From an uncultured Saprospiraceae bacterium (GTDB lineage: Bacteria > Bacteroidota > Bacteroidia > Chitinophagales > Saprospiraceae), in contig CAZDSU010000040.1 of NCBI GenBank assembly GCA_964508135.1, positions 5 to 64,004 of the forward strand: a DNA stretch of 64,000 nt, read 5' to 3'. Each line of letters begins with the position of its first letter. Position 1 is the stretch's first letter. The notes below the pieces were generated by a model. The model was not told the DNA's origin and made no database searches. It saw only the letters and a list, made by a program, of their open reading frames with translations. The position numbers and the translations under genes were made by a program. Of this stretch, positions 1 through 8,746 are shown piece after piece.

Positions 1-564
1 AAAATTGCTGGCCTCCAAGTACTGGAATACCGCATCGGGCAGCAGGTACTGTACCGATTTGCCCTCCCTGATGCACTGGCGGATGTAAGTGGCCGATATG
101 TCGAGCATTGGCGCTTCGAAGTGGCGGATGTTGGGGTAGTCGGCGAATTCGCCAAGTTCGACGTTGGGGCGCTTGTAGAGGTAAATCTCATAGTCCCGCA
201 ACAGGATTTCGTAGTTTTTCCATTTGTTGATGGTGGCGAGGTTGTCGCCTCCCATGATGAGCACAAACTGCTTGGTGGGATGTTTTTCCCTCAAAAATGC
301 AAGTGTGTCAATGGTGTAGGATGGCTTCGGAAGACCAAACTCGATATTGGAAGCCCGGAGCACGGGGTTGTCGCCAATGGCCAACTGCACGAGGTGCAGG
401 CGGTCGTGGTCTTTGGCCAGTGCGGCCTTGGGTTTGAGCGGGTTTTGGGGGCTTACGACCAGCCAAACCTGCTCAAGGTCGGTACGGGTGGCCATGTAGT
501 TGGCGATTATCATGTGGCCAACGTGAACTGGATTGAACGAACCGAAAAACAAGCCGATTTTCAT
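1..564 (-). CDS. nadD: Nicotinate-nucleotide adenylyltransferase (3' end runs off the window)
   Basis: Not in the ORF track because no stop lies in the window. Reverse translation from ATG (complement of 562-564) gives MKIGLFFGSFNPVHVGHMIIANY...PMLDISATYIRQCIREGKSVQYLLPDAVFQYLEASNF. It carries the GxFxPxHxGH and ISAT nucleotidyltransferase motifs. The listed + ORF 121..573 is its antisense shadow. Confidence 0.85.
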   Translation of the reverse strand, partial: MKIGLFFGSFNPVHVGHMIIANYMATRTDLEQVWLVVSPQNPLKPKAALAKDHDRLHLVQLAIGDNPVLRASNIEFGLPKPSYTIDTLAFLREKHPTKQFVLIMGGDNLATINKWKNYEILLRDYEIYLYKRPNVELGEFADYPNIRHFEAPMLDISATYIRQCIREGKSVQYLLPDAVFQYLEASNF

Positions 565-575
565 TGGCAATGAGC

Positions 576-599
576 GAATGAATGAATGGTGGAATGATT
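576..599. repeat. Short-word direct repeat (GAATGA/GAATGATT words)
   Basis: The sequence gaatgaatgaatggtggaatgatt lies immediately upstream of the nadD start. The same word (gaatgattgaa) recurs at 37205-37231. Confidence 0.5.
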
Positions 600-735
600 T
601 AAACTAAAGGGTGGAGAAGAAATTCAGAAAGCAAAAATCCGAATTATCCTTACCTTGCCCCGCTTTTCAGGCTGCAAGATAGCAGTTTCCTTCCCCCTCC
701 AAACACAACATAAAAATAACGAACCGTATTAAACT

Positions 736-1725
736 ATGACGAATACACGAGCAGCAATTACTGGAATCCACGCCTACGTGCCGGATTATGTGCTCACAAA
801 TGCTGAGTTGGAAAAAATGGTTGACACCAACGACGAGTGGGTCGTTTCTCGCACTGGCATCCGGGAGCGCCGGATTTTGAAGGGTGAGGGGCTTGCCACA
901 TCTTACCTTGGCATACAGGCCGTGAACGGCCTATTGGAGAAAACAGGCACCAAGCCCGAAGACGTGGAACTGCTAATTTGTGCCACCGTCACCCCGGACA
1001 TGATGTTCCCAGATACTGCCAACCTGATTGCACACCGAACAGGATTGAAAAATGCCTTCACTTTTGATGTGGGCGCTGCATGTTCAGGCTTCCTGTTCGC
1101 ATTGACCACGGGAGCACAGTACATCAATTCAGGCATGTGCAAGAAAGTCATCGTCGTCGGAGCCGACAAGATGTCCTCCATCGTTGACTACACCGACCGG
1201 GCCACTTGTATCCTTTTCGGCGATGCAGGCGGGGCGGTGCTGCTTGAACCATCCTCGGATGGCAACGGCATCATGGACTCGGTGCTGCACTCCGATGGCA
1301 GCGGCGCCGAAAACCTGTACCAGCGGGCAGGCGGCTCCCTCAAACCAGCCAGCCATGAAACTGTGGACGCCAAGGAGCATTATATTTACCAAAACGGGCG
1401 GCCAGTGTACAAGGCAGCCGTGTCGGGCATGGCCGGCGTGGTGAAGGAAGTGATGAAGAAAAACGGCCTTTCTGCCGACGACATCGCTTGGGTAGTGCCT
1501 CACCAAGCCAACCTGCGCATCATCGAGTCGGTGTCCAGCATGGCCGATTTTCCAATGGAAAAAGTCATGGTGAACATAAACAAATACGGCAACACGACTG
1601 CTGCCACTATCCCGCTTTGTCTTTGGGAATGGGAAAACCAGCTCAAAAAAGGCGACAACCTGATACTGACTGCATTCGGCGGGGGTTATACTTGGGGGGC
1701 TATTTGGGTGAAATGGGCGATTTGA
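736..1725 (+). CDS. fabH: 3-oxoacyl-ACP synthase III (KAS III)
   Basis: 329-aa ORF with the catalytic-triad contexts AACSGF (Cys), HQAN (His) and GNTTAATIP (Asn). The N-terminus is typical ([39 protein letters not shown]). Confidence 0.93.
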   Translation: MTNTRAAITGIHAYVPDYVLTNAELEKMVDTNDEWVVSRTGIRERRILKGEGLATSYLGIQAVNGLLEKTGTKPEDVELLICATVTPDMMFPDTANLIAHRTGLKNAFTFDVGAACSGFLFALTTGAQYINSGMCKKVIVVGADKMSSIVDYTDRATCILFGDAGGAVLLEPSSDGNGIMDSVLHSDGSGAENLYQRAGGSLKPASHETVDAKEHYIYQNGRPVYKAAVSGMAGVVKEVMKKNGLSADDIAWVVPHQANLRIIESVSSMADFPMEKVMVNINKYGNTTAATIPLCLWEWENQLKKGDNLILTAFGGGYTWGAIWVKWAI

Positions 1726-1729
1726 AATA

Positions 1730-1812
1730 TTGCTGGATTGTTATTATTGTTGAATTGTTTTGGAGCCATGGCCAGCAATCCCAACAATCAAACAATAATA
1801 ACAATCCAGCAA
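1730..1812. repeat. Imperfect 30-bp inverted repeat built from CAATC/CAACAAT-type words
   Basis: The left arm ttgctggattgttattattgttgaattgtt (1730-1759) is the reverse complement of the right arm aacaatcaaacaataataacaatccagcaa (1783-1812), apart from mismatches in a short central stretch. It starts 5 nt after the fabH stop and has no T-tract. Confidence 0.85.
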
Positions 1813-1817
1813 TTAAT

Positions 1818-1825
1818 TACCTTTG
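1818..1825 (+). promoter_or_regulatory. Candidate Bacteroidota -7 promoter box (TAnnTTTG)
   Basis: tacctttg lies 52 nt upstream of the efp ATG. This is a motif match only. Confidence 0.35.
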
Positions 1826-1877
1826 CGCCGTTTTTCAAAGCACCCATTTATTTTTCATCAATTAATTTAAAAACTCA

Positions 1878-2438
1878 ATGGCAACTACTTCCGATATACG
1901 AAACGGCTTGTGCATGGACATGGACAGTGATATTTGGACCGTAGTCGAATTCCAGCACGTTAAACCAGGCAAAGGCCCAGCCTTCGTGCGCACCAAGCTA
2001 AAGTCCTTGACCAAGGGCAAAGTGATTGACCGTACGTGGCCTTCTGGCCACGCCATCACCGAAATAAGGGTAGAAAGGCGTAAGTTCCAGTACCTCTATA
2101 AAGACGAAATGGGCTACAACTTCATGAACATGGACGATTATAACCAGGTTGCCCTTGAAGAAAGCCTTATCGTCAGCCCACAATTTTTGCAGGAAGGCAT
2201 GGTGGTGGATGTTCTGTTCAACTCCGCCAACGATGCGCCACTAACCCTTGAAATGCCGGCAATGGTCGTGGTGGAAATCACCTACACGGAACCTGGCATC
2301 AAAGGAGATACTGCCACCAACACCTACAAACCCGCCACAGTGGACACGGGTGCAGAGGTGAAAGTGCCGCTTTTTATCAATACTGGCGAAAAAATCAAAG
2401 TGGACACCACCACCGGTGAATACATGGGAAGAGCATAA
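1878..2438 (+). CDS. efp: Translation elongation factor P
   Basis: 186-aa ORF reading IRNGLCMDMDSDIWTVVEFQHVKPGKGPAFVRTKLKSLTKGKVIDRTW. This is a typical EF-P KOW/OB N-terminus with the conserved KPGKG loop. Confidence 0.95.
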   Translation: MATTSDIRNGLCMDMDSDIWTVVEFQHVKPGKGPAFVRTKLKSLTKGKVIDRTWPSGHAITEIRVERRKFQYLYKDEMGYNFMNMDDYNQVALEESLIVSPQFLQEGMVVDVLFNSANDAPLTLEMPAMVVVEITYTEPGIKGDTATNTYKPATVDTGAEVKVPLFINTGEKIKVDTTTGEYMGRA

Positions 2439-2533
2439 CAGCGGCAGGCCGCAAACGATTGACGATGGGCTTGCTTGCGCAATGGCCGCCCATCATCAAC
2501 CGTCCACCAGCTGCCGAACCTAAAACGAAAAAT

Positions 2534-3061
2534 ATGACTTTTCAGGAAATCCAGGAGCTTATCCGGCTCCTCAACAAGTCCAACCTGGCCGAGTTCAAGA
2601 TGGAGGAGGGCGATTTCAAACTCTCCATCCGAACGGCATTGTATCGCGACACAAAAACAGCGCACGTTGTCGCAGCGCCAATTCAAATGGCAGCACCTAC
2701 CATGGGCAGCCCTGCGCCAGCAAGCCTGGTTCCCGCTGCCTCTCCAGCCCCGGCAGCAGAAGCCGCCTCCGAGAAACCTTCCGAGGCCGTTGCCAAGCCA
2801 GCTCAACCTTCTGGCCAAGTTTACAAAGAAATAAAGTCGCCAATGGTAGGCACTTTTTACCGCTCCGCCACACCGGAGAAGCCATCCTATGTTGAAATTG
2901 GGCAGAAAGTCAAAAAAGGCGACGTCGTCTGCATCATCGAAGCCATGAAGCTTTTCAACGAAATTGAAAGCGAAATCAGTGGCACCATCGTCAAGGTAAT
3001 GGTTGACAACGCCCAACCTGTTGAATACGACCAAGTACTTTTCCTCGTAGAGCCGGATTAA
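2534..3061 (+). CDS. accB: Acetyl-CoA carboxylase biotin carboxyl carrier protein
   Basis: The ORF is 2459..3061, and I take the start at internal ATG 2534 (MTFQEIQELIRLLNKSNLAEFKMEEGDFKLSIR). It has an Ala/Pro-rich linker and the biotinylation motif CIIEAMKLFNEIES. Confidence 0.9.
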   Translation: MTFQEIQELIRLLNKSNLAEFKMEEGDFKLSIRTALYRDTKTAHVVAAPIQMAAPTMGSPAPASLVPAASPAPAAEAASEKPSEAVAKPAQPSGQVYKEIKSPMVGTFYRSATPEKPSYVEIGQKVKKGDVVCIIEAMKLFNEIESEISGTIVKVMVDNAQPVEYDQVLFLVEPD

Positions 3062-3065
3062 CTTA

Positions 3066-3159
3066 ATAGACATTAGACGTAGACATTAGACATTAGATGG
3101 GGTATAGTGCCTTACAATGTCCGCTGTCTAATGTCTAATGTCTATCGTCCAATGTCTAT
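3066..3159. repeat. Inverted array of GACATTA heptamer words between accB and accC
   Basis: The left arm is atagacattagacgtagacattagacattagat (3066-3098). The right arm is gtctaatgtctaatgtctatcgtccaatgtctat (3126-3159), its imperfect complement. The right arm ends 1 nt before the accC ATG at 3161. Confidence 0.85.
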
Positions 3160-3160
3160 T

Positions 3161-4507
3161 ATGTTCGATAAAGTTCTCATAGCCAATCGTGGCGAAATAG
3201 CGCTGCGAGTCATACGCACTTGCCGCGAGATGGGCATCAAAACGGTGGCCATCTACTCCACCGCCGATGCCGACAGCCTACATGTCCGCTTTGCCGACGA
3301 AGCCGTTTGCGTCGGACCTCCACAGTCCAAGGATTCGTACCTGAACATACCCCGCATCATGGCAGCCGCCGAAATAACCAACGCTGATGCCATCCACCCC
3401 GGCTATGGTTTTTTGGCAGAAAATGCCGATTTCGCTGAAATCTGCGGCGAGTACGGCATCAAGTTCATCGGCCCTACGCCCTCGCAGATCCGCTCCATGG
3501 GCGACAAAATCACTGCCAAAACCACCATGATTGCCGCAGGTGTGCCAGTCGTGCCCGGTTCCGGCGGCCTCATCTCCGATGTCAAAGAGGGCATTGGCCT
3601 TGCCAAGGAGATAGGCTACCCGGTCATCATCAAGGCAACTGCGGGCGGCGGCGGCAAGGGCATGCGCATCATTTGGGACGAAGCCTCTTTTGAATCCAAC
3701 TGGAACATGGCCCGCAACGAGGCTAAGGCTTCCTTCGGCAACGATGGCATCTACATGGAAAAATACATTGAAGAGCCACGTCACATAGAGTTCCAGATAG
3801 TGGGCGACCAGTACGGTACGGTCTGCCACCTCTCCGAGCGGGAGTGCAGCATCCAGCGCCGCCACCAGAAACTGGTGGAAGAAAGCCCCTCACCGTTCAT
3901 GACCCCAGAGCTTCGCCAAAAAATGGGCGATGCCGCCATCAAAGCAGGGCAGGCCATCAACTACGAGGGCGTCGGCACCATAGAGTTCTTGGTGGACAAG
4001 TACCGTAATTTTTACTTCATGGAAATGAACACCCGCATCCAGGTGGAGCATCCGGTGACGGAGGAGGTGATTGACCATGATTTGATAAAAGAACAATTGA
4101 AAGTGGCCATGGGCGAGCCAATTACCGGCAAGAATTACTACCCAGAAATGCACGCCATGGAGTGCCGCATCAACGCCGAAGACCCCTACCGGGACTTCCG
4201 CCCATCGCCCGGCAAAATCATTTCCCTGCACACCGCCAAGGGCCACGGCGTCCGGGTGGACACGCACGTGTACGCCGGATACGTCATCCCGCCCTACTAC
4301 GACTCCCTCATTGCAAAACTCATCTGCCGCGCCCGCACCCGCGACGAGTGCATCACGAAAATGGAACGGGCCCTCGAAGAATTCATCGTGGAAGGCGTCA
4401 AGACGACAATCCCTTTCCACAAAAAACTGATGAAAGACGAGAATTTTAGGTCTGGGAACTTCCACACTGGGTTCTTGAACGATTTTGATTTGGGAACGGA
4501 AGACTGA
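3161..4507 (+). CDS. accC: Acetyl-CoA carboxylase biotin carboxylase subunit
   Basis: The ORF is 3107..4507, and I take the start at ATG 3161 ([33 protein letters not shown]). It has the ATP-grasp glycine loop [12 protein letters not shown] and [14 protein letters not shown]. The upstream 18 codons of the ORF read through the repeat. Confidence 0.93.
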   Translation: MFDKVLIANRGEIALRVIRTCREMGIKTVAIYSTADADSLHVRFADEAVCVGPPQSKDSYLNIPRIMAAAEITNADAIHPGYGFLAENADFAEICGEYGIKFIGPTPSQIRSMGDKITAKTTMIAAGVPVVPGSGGLISDVKEGIGLAKEIGYPVIIKATAGGGGKGMRIIWDEASFESNWNMARNEAKASFGNDGIYMEKYIEEPRHIEFQIVGDQYGTVCHLSERECSIQRRHQKLVEESPSPFMTPELRQKMGDAAIKAGQAINYEGVGTIEFLVDKYRNFYFMEMNTRIQVEHPVTEEVIDHDLIKEQLKVAMGEPITGKNYYPEMHAMECRINAEDPYRDFRPSPGKIISLHTAKGHGVRVDTHVYAGYVIPPYYDSLIAKLICRARTRDECITKMERALEEFIVEGVKTTIPFHKKLMKDENFRSGNFHTGFLNDFDLGTED

Positions 4508-4512
4508 AAATA

Positions 4513-4582
4513 ACTGTGAACTATGAATTGTGAACTGTGAACGGGCGAACAGTTCACAATTCACCGTTCACCATTCACAGTT
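4513..4582. repeat. Inverted array of CTGTGAA heptamer words between accC and pcm
   Basis: The left arm actgtgaactatgaattgtgaactgtgaac (4513-4542) pairs imperfectly with the right arm gaacagttcacaattcaccgttcaccattcacagtt (4547-4582). The element starts 6 nt after the accC stop and ends 2 nt before the ATG at 4585. Confidence 0.85.
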
Positions 4583-4584
4583 CG

Positions 4585-5235
4585 ATGCAAGAGGACTCCT
4601 ACCGCCACAAAGGCCTACGCCGCAAGCTGGTTGATTCCCTTCGGAAAAAAGGCATTACTGACGAGCGGGTACTCGCCGCCATTGAGGCCGTGCCACGCCA
4701 TTTTTTCCTCGACAGCGCATTCGCCGACCTGGCATACGAAGACAAGGCCCTGCCCATCGAGCGGGAGCAGACCATTTCGCAGCCCTATACCGTTGCCTTC
4801 CAAACTCAACTTCTTGATTTGCAGAAACGGGACCGGGTGCTCGAAATCGGGACGGGTTCTGGCTACCAAGCAGCTATTTTAGGGCAAATGGGAGCAAGGG
4901 TCTTCACCGTGGAGCGGCAGGAGCAGCTTTTTCTCGAAGCAAAAAAACTACTTGCAACCTTGGGCTTCACCAACGTTCGTTGCTACTTTCGGGATGGCAC
5001 GAAGGGCTTACGGGAGTTTGCCCCATACGATAAAATCATCGTGACGGCGGGTGCCACAGAAGTGCCGCAGACCTTGCTCGACCAACTCAGCATCGGAGGT
5101 TTCATGATTATTCCTGTTGGTGTCCGCTTGCAAAAAATGCTTCGCATCACCAAAAAATCTGAAACCGATTACGTTGAAGAAGATTTTGGCGCCTTCCGCT
5201 TCGTTCCTTTCATCGGCGGCACAGAATCCAAGTGA
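4585..5235 (+). CDS. pcm: Protein-L-isoaspartate O-methyltransferase
   Basis: The ORF is 4537..5235, and I take the start at ATG 4585 (MQEDSYRHKGLRRKLVDSLRKKGI). It has VPRHFF, TISQPYTVA and the SAM motif VLEIGTGSGYQAA. Confidence 0.88.
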   Translation: MQEDSYRHKGLRRKLVDSLRKKGITDERVLAAIEAVPRHFFLDSAFADLAYEDKALPIEREQTISQPYTVAFQTQLLDLQKRDRVLEIGTGSGYQAAILGQMGARVFTVERQEQLFLEAKKLLATLGFTNVRCYFRDGTKGLREFAPYDKIIVTAGATEVPQTLLDQLSIGGFMIIPVGVRLQKMLRITKKSETDYVEEDFGAFRFVPFIGGTESK

Positions 5236-5265
5236 TTCAATTACAACTAGCCACCACAAATTCCC

Positions 5266-5273
5266 TAACTTTG
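5266..5273 (+). promoter_or_regulatory. Candidate -7 promoter box (TAnnTTTG)
   Basis: taactttg lies 78 nt upstream of the E2 gene ATG. This is a motif match only. Confidence 0.35.
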
Positions 5274-5351
5274 CAGCCGAATTTTTCCTAACCAAATATT
5301 TAAAAAACCGTTGAAAAGGTTTTCTAAACCGCAACGAACAACGACAACATC

Positions 5352-6701
5352 ATGGCGCAGTTAGAACTGATAATGCCCAAAATGGGCGAGAGCATCATGG
5401 AAGCCACCATACTGAAGTGGGCAAAAAAAGTGGGCGACCGAGTAGAAGCCGACGAAACCATCCTCGAAATTGCTACCGACAAGGTGGACTCCGAGGTGCC
5501 TTCCCCTACCGCAGGCGTCATCGCTGAAATCTTTTTCAAGGAAAACGACGTGGTACCCGTTGGCAAGGCCATTGCCATCATCGCCACCGACGGTGAGGCC
5601 GTTGCTCCCAAACCATCGCCAGCCTTGAAGGAGGAGCCAATTCCCGCAGCCGCTTCCAACGGCCATTCCAACCTCACTGTGGCAAACGGCGTGACCCATG
5701 CTGCGCAACCCGCAAACAGAGAAGCTGCTCCATCCGTTGCGCTTGAGGGCCCTGCAATACCTGGCCGCTTCTACTCACCTTTGGTAAAAAACATCGCCAA
5801 GGCAGAGAATATCAGCGCCGCGGAGCTGGAACGCATACCCGGCTCGGGCCAGCTGGGGAGGGTGACCAAGCAGGACATTCTGGCTTATGTTGAAACCCGA
5901 CATACTCCGGTAGCCGACCTCCAGCCAGTAGCCCAATCACCAATTCCCAATTCCCAATCCCCAACACCCAAGCCCGCCGTCAGCGTCTCCGGCAACGTGG
6001 AAATCGTGGAGATGGACCGGATGCGCAAGCTCATCGCCGACCACATGGTGATGTCGAAGCAAACATCGCCGCACGTGACCAGTTTCGTGGAAGTGGACGT
6101 GACGAACCTCGTCAACTGGCGGGAGCGCAACAAGGCAGTTTTTGAGAAAAAATATGGGGAAAAAATCACCTTCACGCCCATCTTCGTTGAGGCCGTAGCC
6201 AAAGCCATCAGCGACTTCCCGATGGTCAACGTCTCCGTGGACGGCAACCGCATCATCGTCAAGAAAGACATAAACGTCGGCATGGCCACTGCCCTGCCGA
6301 GCGGCAACCTCATTGTGCCCGTCATCAAAAATGCCAATACACTAAACCTCGTCGGCCTCACCAAGGCCGTGAACGACCTTGCTGGCCGTGCCCGCCAAGG
6401 CAAGCTCAAGCCCGAGGAAATACAGGACGGCACCTTCACGCTCACCAACGTTGGCACCTTCGGCAACGTGATGGGCACGCCAATCATTAACCAGCCGCAG
6501 GTGGCCATCATGGCTGTAGGTGCTATCCGCAAAAAGCCCGCTGTGGTGGAGACGGAGTACGGAGACCTGATTGCTATTCGCCAAATGATGTTCCTCTCCA
6601 TGAGCTACGACCACCGGGTAGTGGACGGTTCGCTTGGCGGTTCCTTCATCCGCCGGGTCGGGGATTATTTGGAACAGTTTGATGGGAAAAGAGAGGTTTG
6701 A
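5352..6701 (+). CDS. 2-oxoacid dehydrogenase complex E2 (dihydrolipoamide acyltransferase)
   Basis: 449 aa. It has an N-terminal lipoyl domain (EIATDKVDSEVPSP), a peripheral-subunit-binding domain (SPLVKNIAKAENISAAELERIPGSGQLGRVTKQDILAYV) and a catalytic domain (SMSYDHRVVDGSLGG). Substrate specificity cannot be told from sequence alone. Confidence 0.87.
   Translation: MAQLELIMPKMGESIMEATILKWAKKVGDRVEADETILEIATDKVDSEVPSPTAGVIAEIFFKENDVVPVGKAIAIIATDGEAVAPKPSPALKEEPIPAAASNGHSNLTVANGVTHAAQPANREAAPSVALEGPAIPGRFYSPLVKNIAKAENISAAELERIPGSGQLGRVTKQDILAYVETRHTPVADLQPVAQSPIPNSQSPTPKPAVSVSGNVEIVEMDRMRKLIADHMVMSKQTSPHVTSFVEVDVTNLVNWRERNKAVFEKKYGEKITFTPIFVEAVAKAISDFPMVNVSVDGNRIIVKKDINVGMATALPSGNLIVPVIKNANTLNLVGLTKAVNDLAGRARQGKLKPEEIQDGTFTLTNVGTFGNVMGTPIINQPQVAIMAVGAIRKKPAVVETEYGDLIAIRQMMFLSMSYDHRVVDGSLGGSFIRRVGDYLEQFDGKREV
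5932..5969. repeat. CCCAAT(T/C) word run inside the E2 interdomain linker
   Basis: cccaatcaccaattcccaattcccaatccccaacaccc encodes AQSPIPNSQSPTP. The same word (cccaattccc) builds the palindrome inside aroB at 9509-9565. Confidence 0.7.
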
Positions 6702-6730
6702 GAGGTATGAGGTGTAGAGGTATGAGGTAT
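6691..6730. repeat. Direct tandem GAGGT(A/G)T word repeat across the E2 stop codon
   Basis: The sequence is gagaggtttgagaggtatgaggtgtagaggtatgaggtat. The 15-mer gaggtatgaggtgta / gaggtatgaggtatt is duplicated. I see no complementary arm. Confidence 0.65.
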
Positions 6731-6740
6731 TAAACGCATT

Positions 6741-7250
6741 GTGAAGCTTATGAAAATTGATAAGATAAAACTGCTGCTGTTTGCTTTGCTCATCTTCTGT
6801 TCGGTCGGTTGCGACCGGGTGACGAAGGGCTTGGCCAAAGAGCATCTCGAAGGTTTGGGTGAGTTGTCGTACCTGAACGACACCTTCCGATTGGTGTACG
6901 TGGAGAACTCCGGCGCAGCCATGAGCTTGGGCGCCGATTGGCACCCCGATTTAAAGTTTTGGGTACTCAGCCTATTGCCAGTGGGCGTACTCGCATTGGT
7001 GCTTGGGTTCGTTTTGAAAAACATCAACAGGCTTGATTTCATCCACCTCACGGGGCTTGGGCTGATCATCGCAGGTGGGGCTGGCAATCTTTTCGACCGT
7101 TTTTTCAACAACAGCCTCGTGCCTGATTTTATGAACCTTGGCGTGAACAGCCTCCGCACTGGCATTTTTAACGTGGCGGATGTTTGTATTTCAATGGGGA
7201 TAATTATTACGTTGGTGTTTTATCGGAGTTTGGAGCGGGCGACTTCTTAG
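6741..7250 (+). CDS. lspA: Lipoprotein signal peptidase (signal peptidase II)
   Basis: 169 aa, four predicted TM segments. Conserved blocks are CDRVTKGLA, LVYVENSGAAMSLG, GGAGNLFDRF, VPDF and IFNVADVCISMG. The start may be GTG 6741 or ATG 6750. Confidence 0.85.
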   Translation: MKLMKIDKIKLLLFALLIFCSVGCDRVTKGLAKEHLEGLGELSYLNDTFRLVYVENSGAAMSLGADWHPDLKFWVLSLLPVGVLALVLGFVLKNINRLDFIHLTGLGLIIAGGAGNLFDRFFNNSLVPDFMNLGVNSLRTGIFNVADVCISMGIIITLVFYRSLERATS

Positions 7251-8620
7251 CACCCGGACAACCACTCCCGAAACACATCTTCCACTTCTGCCCCGTTCCA
7301 CTTCTCCTCCAAGCCCTTGATTTTCAGCATCTTATTGAACAACTGCTCATGTCGTGTCACCTCTGCCAGCGCCCGGCTGTACGGCACATGGCTGAAGCTC
7401 ACCATTGAATATACAGACTGGAACTCCTTCGGAAACCGTTCGTGCAGGTGCTTTTCGATTTTTTTCCAAAGCAAAAACTTGGGGTCTGCGACCTTGTCCC
7501 GCATTTCAATGAAGTTCAGGAGGGCCAGGTCGGCGATGGCGTTCGAGTCCTCGGGTCGGTTGGCGTTGAATTCCTCGATGATGGCGGGCCATTCTTCTTC
7601 GTACTTGTCCATCAGGCTGTCAAGGATGGTACAGTCCTCGAAGCCACAGTTCATGCCCTGCCCGAAGAACGGCACAATGGCATGGGCGGCATCACCGAGC
7701 AGCAAAATCTTGTGGCGGTAGTGCCAAGGATTGCAGCGCACCGTGACCAGCGCCGAGGTTGGATTCTCCGTAAAATCCTGCACCAATGTGGGCATGAGCG
7801 GGATGACATCCGGGAAGTATTTTTCGAAAAAGGCCATCACCTGCGCCTCCGATTTCAAGTTTTCAAACGAAGCCTCGCCCTCGAACGGAAGGAACAGCGT
7901 ACAGGTAAAACTGCCGTCCACGTTCGGTAGTGCGATGAGCATGAACTGGCCCCGTGGCCAAATATGCAGGCCGTTGATGTGCATCCGGTGGCCGCCGCCT
8001 GCCTGTCCGGTAGGCAGGTTTTCGGCTGGCGGAATGGAAAGCTCCTTGTACCCGTAATCAATATACTGCTGTGAATAATTGAACCGGGGCAGCTTTTGCA
8101 GGCTTTGCCGCACGGGCGAAAACGCACCGTCCGTCCCAAAAATCAGGTCGCTCTCGATGGCGTATTGGACGCCCGTGCGGGTGTCCTCGAAGCGCACCGA
8201 ACTGTTGTCGAGGTCAACGCCGAGGCAGGCCTGGTTGAAATGGAAGCGCACTTGGCTGAACTCGTCGGCGATGTTCACCAGTTCGATGTTCAGCCCACCA
8301 CGGGAGACCGAGTAGATGGCCTGCCCCTCTTCGCCGTAAGGTTGATAGGTGAGCGACCCGTCGGTGCCGTGCATCATGCGGCCCGGCATGGGAATGGCCA
8401 CGGCCTCGATTTTTTCACGAATGCCCGCAATCTCCACGGCCTTCCAGCCCCGCTCGCTCAGGGCTAGGTTTATCGAGCGCCCTCCCACGTAGCCCGCTTG
8501 CCGGAAGTCGGCCCGGCGTTCGTACACGTCCACTTGGTATCCCCGTTTTGCCAAAATGACCGCCCAGAGTGCGCCGACCAACCCTGCACCGACGATGACT
8601 GCTTTTTTTTCGTTTGCCAT
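7247..8620 (-). CDS. kmo: Kynurenine 3-monooxygenase (FAD-dependent)
   Basis: 457 aa. The Rossmann motif is VIVGAGLVGALWAVILAKRGYQVDVYERR. It also has RSINLALSERG, and GDAAHAIVPFFGQGMNCGFED, which is typical of KMO-type aromatic hydroxylases. Confidence 0.82.
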   Translation of the reverse strand: MANEKKAVIVGAGLVGALWAVILAKRGYQVDVYERRADFRQAGYVGGRSINLALSERGWKAVEIAGIREKIEAVAIPMPGRMMHGTDGSLTYQPYGEEGQAIYSVSRGGLNIELVNIADEFSQVRFHFNQACLGVDLDNSSVRFEDTRTGVQYAIESDLIFGTDGAFSPVRQSLQKLPRFNYSQQYIDYGYKELSIPPAENLPTGQAGGGHRMHINGLHIWPRGQFMLIALPNVDGSFTCTLFLPFEGEASFENLKSEAQVMAFFEKYFPDVIPLMPTLVQDFTENPTSALVTVRCNPWHYRHKILLLGDAAHAIVPFFGQGMNCGFEDCTILDSLMDKYEEEWPAIIEEFNANRPEDSNAIADLALLNFIEMRDKVADPKFLLWKKIEKHLHERFPKEFQSVYSMVSFSHVPYSRALAEVTRHEQLFNKMLKIKGLEEKWNGAEVEDVFREWLSGC

Positions 8621-8626
8621 TTATTT

Positions 8627-8705
8627 GGGTTAGGAGGTTTTGAGGGTTTTGAAGGTTTAGAGGGTCGTGATTAAACCTTCTAAACTTCCTAAACCTTCTC
8701 AACCC
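8627..8705. repeat. Inverted array of GGTTTnGA-type words in the kmo/aroB divergent spacer
   Basis: The left arm is gggttaggaggttttgagggttttgaaggtttagagggt (8627-8665). The right arm is aaaccttctaaacttcctaaaccttctcaaccc (8673-8705), an imperfect complement. Confidence 0.8.
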
Positions 8706-8746
8706 ATTCAAGTTTTGCCCCAAAACTAGGACGTTTTTGGTGAAAA

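Noticed and set aside
121-573. 150-aa + strand ORF at the start of the window
   Set aside because: Its translation is featureless (MADVGVVGEFAKFDVGAL...). The opposite strand encodes a clean NadD with GSFNPVHVGHM and ISAT motifs, so it is an antisense shadow ORF.
2459-4584. Long N-terminal extensions of the accB (from 2459), accC (from 3107) and pcm (from 4537) ORFs
   Set aside because: The extensions translate repeat or spacer DNA (e.g. [34 protein letters not shown]). Conserved protein N-termini begin at the internal ATGs 2534, 3161 and 4585.
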